Below, piece by piece: positions 25,302 to 64,000 of a DNA stretch of 64,000 nucleotides (positions within the stretch are counted from its first letter, which is position 1; every line of letters begins with the position of its first letter). Source of the stretch: Amoebidium appalachense (lineage: Eukaryota > Protista > Ichthyosporea); the NCBI GenBank assembly GCA_963693365.1, contig CAVNZM010000001.1, positions 6,464,907 through 6,528,906 of the forward strand, written 5' to 3'. The position numbers and the translations under genes were made by a program. The notes beneath the pieces were generated by a model. It had not been told where the DNA came from. It did not search any database and saw only the letters and a program-made list of their open reading frames with translations.

Positions 25302-25964
25302 TAGGGTCGGTAATCGAGTTCTGCTCATCAGCTTTTTTTCCTTCTGGAAAAGGAGAAGGGAGAAAGGAGGTGGGAGGGGGGGTGGGAGGGAGGTGGAGAG
25401 GGGACAGGGGTTCTGTGAGGATAGACAGACTAAGACATCAGGTGCACACTGCCAAGGAACCATGTGTAGGCTCCTGCACACATGCACCTGCTCCTGTGCA
25501 CAGCGCACATTTAGATCGGAGCATATAGTCTGTCTGCACGATGTGTTTTAGCATGTCTCAGCCCAGTTGATTCACCTGTGTATGGGAGGCAGGACACAAG
25601 ACTAAACATCAAAGTGCAGGAGACAGGGTTTAACACCCGAAAAAGATTCCACATGAATATTGAGCGAAGCTTTTTTATCGAATGGTAAAAGGGAAATGGC
25701 ACCAATTCCTCTGCCCATCTTACTGTGGCCACCGAAGAATCATTACATTATCGCCCTCTGTCCAACATCTACACACACGCACAAACCCTCCCTTGTAAAC
25801 CCAACATCAATACTATTCAAAGGTGCTTCGTGTGGTAAAACCCGCAATCTCATGGGTGTTGGTAGGGCACAGACATACCCATACCCTTGCCCACCAACAC
25901 CCACCCAGATACAAGTCCATTTACTCAACCACACACCCACCCGCATACTTACAAAAGAAGTTAG

Positions 25965-26017
<53 letters not shown>

Positions 26018-26598
26018 GGGGGGAGGGGGAGGGGGAAGGGGGGGGGGGGGGGGGGGGGGGACTTTCACAAAATAGTTCACACAACAAACAAGAGGGTATA
26101 AAGCCGATGAAAACACCAAGTTTATTTTTATCCCTACCTTCTGATTGGTTCGTCGCTGCAAACTATCCTCCTCCCGTTGCCTCTTGAGTCGCTCATACTC
26201 CTCCCGAATCTGTTTATGGCATATCAGAGGTAAGAAATTTCCCACAAAAACGACTTGATATAGAGGGGTCGGGGTGGGGGTCAAGGGGGAGAAAGGGGGT
26301 CCGGGGGAGGGGGGGGGAAAGGGGGAGAGGGAGGGGAGGGAGGGAGGGGGAGAAGGGAGGGGGGAGCAAAGAAGAGAAGAAAGAAAAAGAGAATGCTTCT
26401 CTCTTCTTTTCTTGGTTCCCCCCAGCTCCCAAACACCATTTATAACACCAATGCACCAACACCCACCAACATCACTCTACAGACACGCACACAAAAAAAA
26501 AAATATAAAGTGCAAAAAGGCGAGAAATTAGTTGTTTTATTGATTTCATTTATGTTGAGAAAAAATTGTCAGATGGAGCTGGACTCCCCCTCCCCCCC

Positions 26599-26629
<31 letters not shown>

Positions 26630-29009
26630 AAAAAAAAAAAAGCACACACACACACACACACACACACCTCGCTAGGGGAGGATGTTCTCAGCACAATCTC
26701 CAGGCCTGCATCCAGCCCCTTCTGTCCGTGGATGTCGTAGATGGCGCGCAGCTTCTCATCCGACAGCACTGGAAAAAAATTATTTGATAGGTTCATTCCC
26801 TTACACCCCAATCCTCGACGACCCCCCCCCCCCCCCCCCCCCCCCACCCACAAAAAAAAAAAAAAAAAAAAAAAGATAACGACTCCGGCTCCACTCTTCC
26901 TTCTCCCCCCCCCCCCCCCCCCCCCCCCATTGTTTTTCATTGTCGGGTGGTTATGCCCCCCCTCCCCCCCCCCGAACCCTTTCTAATCGGGAGGAACACC
27001 ACAGCAACAAAGTTGAAGTTGTCCATATGTACCTCTAAAAGCGTCCCCCCCCCAACCCCCAACCCCCCCCCCCCACCCGCTAAAAAAAAAAAAAAAAGAA
27101 CAAAAGACAAAAAAAAATAAAAAAAATAGTGATAATAAGAAAGTGACACCACACACCTTCATAAGCCCTCTGTATCTTGTTGAACATAACAGTTGCTGCA
27201 TCTCTATCCTCCTGGTTTTGGTGCTTGTCTGGGTGGTACATCACACACAGACGCCGGTACGACGCTTTAATATCATCCACAGTGGCCTGTTCAAAAAGGT
27301 TTCAAGTCTATGTGAGCATTTCACAGCGTAATCTGAACATACGTAAGCATGACCTCATTATGACGTCTAATCATATATCGAGTATTGGTTGGTTTTGCGC
27401 AAATATCAGGGTGCAATCTTTATTCATGCATGGGGATATCGACACAAAGTAATCCTAAGGAAATACCGACATAGTCGTTAATACAATCAGTCTTAAACAG
27501 CCCCCCTTCCCCTCCCTCCCCCCCCTCCCCCCCACTTGGTTCCCCCTATCTCGAGCATAGTGACCCCCCGGTATAGTAACCCCTGTGGCATAACAAACCC
27601 CTGCAAAGCCATCAAATTTCATCCACATTACTCCATGGTAAGGGTACTCTCCCTAACACAATCCATGGTAACTTGTATTACAAACAAGCCTTGAACAACG
27701 TGTACACGTAGCCAATGGGGAGTACACTTTGTTGGATCGACCCACCCTCATTTCTGTGCCCATAGAACGATAAACAACCGACTCCATTTGGGGGGGAAAC
27801 ACTCGCTACTTGAACATTCCACACCAAGTACAAAAAAGGACCCCAAAACATAACGACTCATACGTATGTACACGAGGGGGAGGCAGGGGTGGGTGGGTGG
27901 GTGGGTGGGGGGGGGGGGGGGGGGGGGGGGGGGAGAATAATATCCGGGGGTGATTGTATGGTTTTCTACGTGTCGTGAGGGCGAGTTGAGAGAGAGGGGG
28001 CAGAGGTGGCATAGCGTGAGTGGATAGGCGTGTCCGTGTGTGTGTGTGTGTGTGTGTGCACGTGCGGTTGTTGGGTTGGGAACGTGTCTGTGTGATATGA
28101 AATATTGCAAAGATGGGAATGAAGAGATTGTCGATGAAAAAGACGGAGAGAAAGTGAAGCAGTAGATATCGCTGGCGTGATTTTGTGCGCGTCTGTGAGC
28201 GTGTAAGAACATCCACAGGGTGTTTTTTATAGAAGTATTTACGTACACTTAGCGGAAGGAGAAGGTGGGGGGGCACGGGAAGAGGGAGGGGGTAGCGGGC
28301 GGGGGGTGGCGGGGGGAGAGAGAGAGATAGAGAGAGGGATAGAGCGAGAGAGGGAGAAAGATGAGATGGAGGGAGGGTGGAGGGAGGATACAGAGAGAAA
28401 GAAAGGGGGGGGGGGGGGGGGAAGGGGGAAGGGAAGGGGGGAAGGGGTGGGGGACAGAGAGAGAGAGAGGAGAGAAAGAGAGAGAGTGGGAGGGTAGGAG
28501 GGGGAGGGAGGGAGGGATTGAGGGAGGAAGGTTGGGTGGGTGGGACGGAGGGAGGGACGGAGGGAGACAGGGAGGGAGAAAGGGAGGGAGGGAGGGAGGG
28601 AGGGAGGGAGGGAGGGAGGGAGGGAGGGAGGGAGGGAGGGAGGGAGGGAGGGAGGGAGGCATGTACCTGATAAAGACAGAAGAGGGGCGCCAGAAGGGAC
28701 AGAGGGAGAGGAGGGGGGGGGGGGGGGGGGGGAAGAAGGAAAAGGTACATGTACATGCACTTGTACACCGATGCAATTGAGTGTAAAGCCATTCTCTGAG
28801 AAGGAAAAAGTAACGATGTTGTGAGACTTTGAAAACGAGAAAGGGAGGGGAAGGAGGGAAAGGAGGGGCGGCGCCGGCGGCGCCGGCGGCGGGGGGGGGC
28901 GGGGGAGGGGGGGAAGGGGGGGAGGGGGGGATCCTACCTGCTTTGACAAGTTGAGAAGGGAATAGTAGTCCACCTCCTGGGGTGATCTCTCGTCCTCTTC
29001 AAAATCCAT
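16188..29009 (-). CDS. DNAJC11: DnaJ homolog subfamily C member 11 (J-domain plus DUF3395-type C-terminus), 553 aa, 15 exons
   Basis: Exons: 29009-28938, 27286-27157, 26768-26668, 26209-26138, 25257-25141, 24458-24336, 23446-23373, 22411-22219, 21652-21575, 21094-20979, 20598-20443, 19561-19434, 18135-17981, 17121-16992, 16204-16188. All introns are GT-AG and phases are consistent (1662 nt). Motifs: [66 protein letters not shown]. Confidence 0.93.
16305..16490. repeat. Purine-rich duplication (2 x ~110 bp, each with two ggatgtggaaagaacggggag units)
   Basis: Direct inspection; lies in the last DNAJC11 intron. Confidence 0.8.
18719..19222. mobile_element. MITE with 18-bp terminal inverted repeats (possibly PIF/Harbinger-like)
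   Basis: ggccaaatagtcacaacc (18719-18736) matches the reverse complement of ggttgtgactagttggcc (19205-19222) at 17/18. The interior is microsatellite-free and has the direct repeat gattggatccgcaattcc twice. No clear TSD. Confidence 0.7.
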
Positions 29010-29259
29010 GTTTCCGGGTGACTGCAAAACTCAAGCGGCTTAAAAACGTGCTTCTTGGTCTACTCTGCTACAAATTATCCCTCGTCTGGCGGCGGGGCTT
29101 TAAATTCTCTGAATACCTTGCTTGTCGTGAAACGTTTTACAGGCTATCTCTCACAAATGCGGCTAGGGTTGAAGTCTCAAGCACGCACCGTCCCGGTAGT
29201 TAAGCTAAACTAAAGTTGTATTTTTTGAAGTTTCAGAGAGAGAGCAAAAAAAAAGCAAA

Positions 29260-33036
<3,777 letters not shown>

Positions 33037-33089
33037 CCAGCTGATACCGAATGTCCCAGGGGAGCCCCTTAAAAATTTAAAAAAAAATT

Positions 33090-33128
<39 letters not shown>

Positions 33129-33639
33129 GGGAACCCCAACTAATTGATTTCTCTTTGTAGTCTTTATGGTGTCTCGTAGAGAAAGTAAAACCTGATATAT
33201 AGTCATCACCCGACATCTATGTACGTGATCATGATATACCGCTGAGGGGATATTCCGAGCAAAACCCCCCCCATACCTGAGACTGGTTTCTCTTTGCCTC
33301 GAGTAAACAGCGTAAACCCCCTAAGATATATATATACGGCGGTGATCGATGGTGCATGGTGGTGGCATTGTGTTCCATGAATATGTCAATGTGGTCCAAC
33401 CGGGCATGGTGTGGTTGGTGGTGTACGTGCATTATGTCGTGCGCGTTATACGCGGTGCATAGTGGGGTGCGTTGCACGTGATGCATCATGATGTGTGCAT
33501 TTTTATGTCCCGTATATACTGCATCATGCGCATGCATGCATGTGATACACAAGTACCGTATGATATATATGCATATGTAGGCAGTATAGGGCAGTATGCA
33601 TTCCATGCAGTGGTGTGGCCAATGGCCCCCCATATCCCC

Positions 33640-33720
33640 TGGAAACGGACCCACCACCCCTCTGCTGGCTGGGAAAGGGGGGGCGGGGATGGGGGAACCA
33701 CCACCCCTCCGAGTAGGTGC
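33640..33720 (+). repeat. Further copy of the ggacccaccacccctc motif found in the arms of the 14105-15363 element
   Basis: ggacccaccacccctctgctggc and ggaaccaccacccctccg resemble the reverse complement of 15263-15290. Confidence 0.5.
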
Positions 33721-36430
33721 CGCATCCCCTTTCCCTCCCCTTCCCCCCCCCCCCCCCCCCCCCTCCCCCCCCCCCCTCCCCACCAGGTGACCTTCTTACT
33801 GCTTCCTCTCCATCCTTAGTTATTCTCTCTCCCCATTCCCTACCCAAATATCCAGCAAACCCTCGGTGCCTGGTCCCACACATGGCAAAACGGATAACCC
33901 AGTGCTATCCGCCCCCCTCTCCCCCCCTCCCCCCTCCTTTGTTCCTTCCTCTCTGAAAATTTAGCCTCGTTAGGCCTAGGAGAGCATGGGGAATCTTCTT
34001 GTTTGGGGGGGGGGGGGGGAGGTTACTGTAACAAGTTGACAAGCTATGCATGAAAATCTGCATACACACACCTCTTTTCTGTTTCTCTAACTAAACTTTG
34101 ATCATACACTTCTGGTTACGTGATCATAAGGTGGGAAGTGGCAGTGAGCTGTGACACACACACATACACACACACGCGTTTGTGTAAACTTATGCCGCCC
34201 ACACAAACCCGTATTGCCTATTAATTATTCGAGGGAAAAGTTTGTGTGTCTTTGGGGGGGGGGGGGGGGGGGGGGGGGGGGAGTGTGGGGGATTTGACAC
34301 GGGAATGTCGGGAGTCGGACATGTGCCTGTGCCTGTGTGCCTGTAAGCCTGTGCATTTAATCCTCTGGTGCACGTGTGTTTTGTGTGGCATCTAGCTTGC
34401 TCGTGTTTGTGTTCAGGGTTATTGTGACGTGTATTGTGTATCATGGCGCCTCAGGCAGTGTAGTCAGAAATCCCCCCCCTCCCCCCCAACACACACACCC
34501 CTTCCCCCCCTCCCCTCCCCCTTCCCCCCACCCCCTCAGCCGAGTACTGTATGTGGTACGGGTGAGGAGCGGTGGGAAGAGGGGGGAAGGGGGGGGGGGG
34601 GGGGAGGGGAGGGGGTAGGATGCATGACGAATCATTGTTATGCCAAATAATACGTAACTGATCATATCTGATTCGTCTGTCCTGTAGGCCATTTATTTTT
34701 GGGTGCAAGTGTGCAGCACAACGTAGGGGTTTGTACCGGTACATCAAGGTGTGAATCCCCCCCCCCCCCCCCCCCCCTCCCTTCCCCTCCTTTTGCAGCG
34801 GTTTCACCTCAATTTATTATCGTTTTTTTTTTTTTTTTTTTTAGAGTTTTGAAGAAAGGGGGCGATAAAGCAGGCGCAGGACATTATGATGATAGGCAGT
34901 GTGGGGGGAAGGAAAGGAAAATGCAACAAAGGGAGTTAGAAGGAGAAGGAGAAGGAAAATGAAGAGGGGGTCAGGAGCAAAAAGAAAATTGAAAGGGCTA
35001 CAGGGAAACAGGAACTCTTTCTTCAAGAGGGAGGGTGCGGAATGGGGAGCTTGAAGAAAGGGAGAGAGGGTAGGGAGATGGTAAGGACGGGAGGGTCCCG
35101 AACGAGAGGGAAGGGGGGGGGGGGGGGGGGGGGGGGGGGGAGGGGGGGGGGGGGGAAGTGTACATCATATTCGAAGAATCAAAAATAAGAGGCGAAGTAT
35201 TCATTAATACGCGATGTCACTTGCTCACTTGGCAAAGATTATTCAACAGATCTACGTCTACATACAGTAGGAGCTGAGTTGCTGTAGCTAACAGTATGCA
35301 CATTTGATATCTGTTTTGGCTAAATCAGAACAAATACGCCTGATAAGTTTGTGTTGGTGCTGATAGTATCAAAACCCGGATTTTACAACCGCCCGACATA
35401 CTGAGCCCGTAATGCAGACATCGCACAACCAGTACCATGGTCTTGCACACATGGACATGTACACGCATGATGGACAAATGTACTCAGTACCAACATGTTG
35501 CATGAACCTAATTGATGTAACACCCACACCATGTGAACAAACTCACATCACTCACCTTCAGAAACTCATAACCATACAACCAAATATCAGTCTATTACAC
35601 CACACATACACAAACAACGCACTACTGGCATATCAATACGCAATATATCCATCACACACAAAATATGAAACAAGATGACTTGGAGTCAGATCGTGAACCA
35701 TTCGGAGAAGGGCGTTCTTTCTATGTATCTTGAGTAAACATGTCTAAGGTTGTATCGCAATGAATTCATTTGCAGATTCTGTGCTCTAGGATTCAGCCTT
35801 AGGGAGAAACACGGCAACAAGTTGTATTTTTTTACTGCTATCCTTCCCATTTTACGTTTCTTGTTTTTTTGGTTCACACTACTGAGTGCTCGCTCAGGAC
35901 TATGTACTGGTGTTTGGTCGCTTTGGGGCCATGTTAGTGAGTTACAGCCCTTCTGCGTGGTCACTGTAAACCATTCAGGCATCTTACCACAGGACCATAT
36001 ATAGCTATGACAACAAGGAAAACTCAATGATTGGTCTATATATTACGCAAAATATAGATCGTACCAGGGTGACAAATGGATTGATGTCTCACTCTCACAA
36101 CAACAACGGCTGCACTCAGTTTTGCATGTTCATGATAGTATAGACTACACAGAGAATTGACAAAGCAAACGAAGATACTAAAAGGTATCGAAAGAGTTAC
36201 GAATAAGCGTATCTTCATTGTATAGTAAAGACTAGTAGAGTGCCCATGGATGATACAAGCTTCAGCTATAGAAGTGAAAAGAGAGCGAGGTAATAGTACG
36301 ATGCGTGGTCAAAAGTTTCTAGTGTAGAGTGTTTGTAGTGGACCACAAGGGCCGATGCCACTGCTCGAAATCAGAAAAGAAAGTAAACCAATTATTTGGT
36401 AGGGGTGCATAGAGAACACACTTAATTAAA

Positions 36431-63769
<27,339 letters not shown>

Positions 63770-64000
63770 GTCCGCCTATTTACCCCCCCCCCCCTCCCCC
63801 CCCCCCCCAACACACACACACACACACCCTTCCCCCCCACCCCTTCCCCGCTGTCCCTCTTTCCGTTTGCTGCTCTGCTTGCGTTCCACACTTCTGCATG
63901 TGTGCATGACTTAATCTATTGAGGGTTTGTACCCAATTCCCAGATTTGACTATTAACTGTGTTCTAAACCTCCCCTCTGCTCCCCCTTTCCCTCATGGTA

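Noticed and set aside
35686-36027. 113-aa minus-strand ORF upstream of BIG1
   Set aside because: No recognisable motif or splice context; compatible with a chance ORF in promoter DNA.

Overview
Eukaryotic, intron-rich genomic window with abundant (CA)/(GT) microsatellites and C/G homopolymers. Nearly all entries in the ORF track are low-complexity artefacts. Exon reconstruction by hand gives four host genes: a PPR protein (minus strand, runs off the left edge, absent from the ORF track), a 4-exon multicopper oxidase with a Pro-rich insert (minus), a 15-exon DNAJC11 (minus) and at least 32 exons of a BIG1/BIG2-type Sec7 Arf-GEF (plus, runs off the right edge). The animal-like BIG1 and DNAJC11 suggest a holozoan such as an ichthyosporean (inference only). 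Mobile DNA comprises a decayed APE+RT LINE ending directly in (CA)n, a second RT pseudogene, and three non-autonomous TIR elements. Two signals stand out. (i) A dispersed ~400-nt repeat ending in poly(C) has a ~160-nt core that shows compensatory base-pair changes between diverged copies and keeps the hammerhead motifs CUGANGA, GAAA and NUH, but in a non-canonical strand order. (ii) Introns show a strand-specific architecture, with C-runs after donors and (CA)n in place of the polypyrimidine tract at many acceptors.
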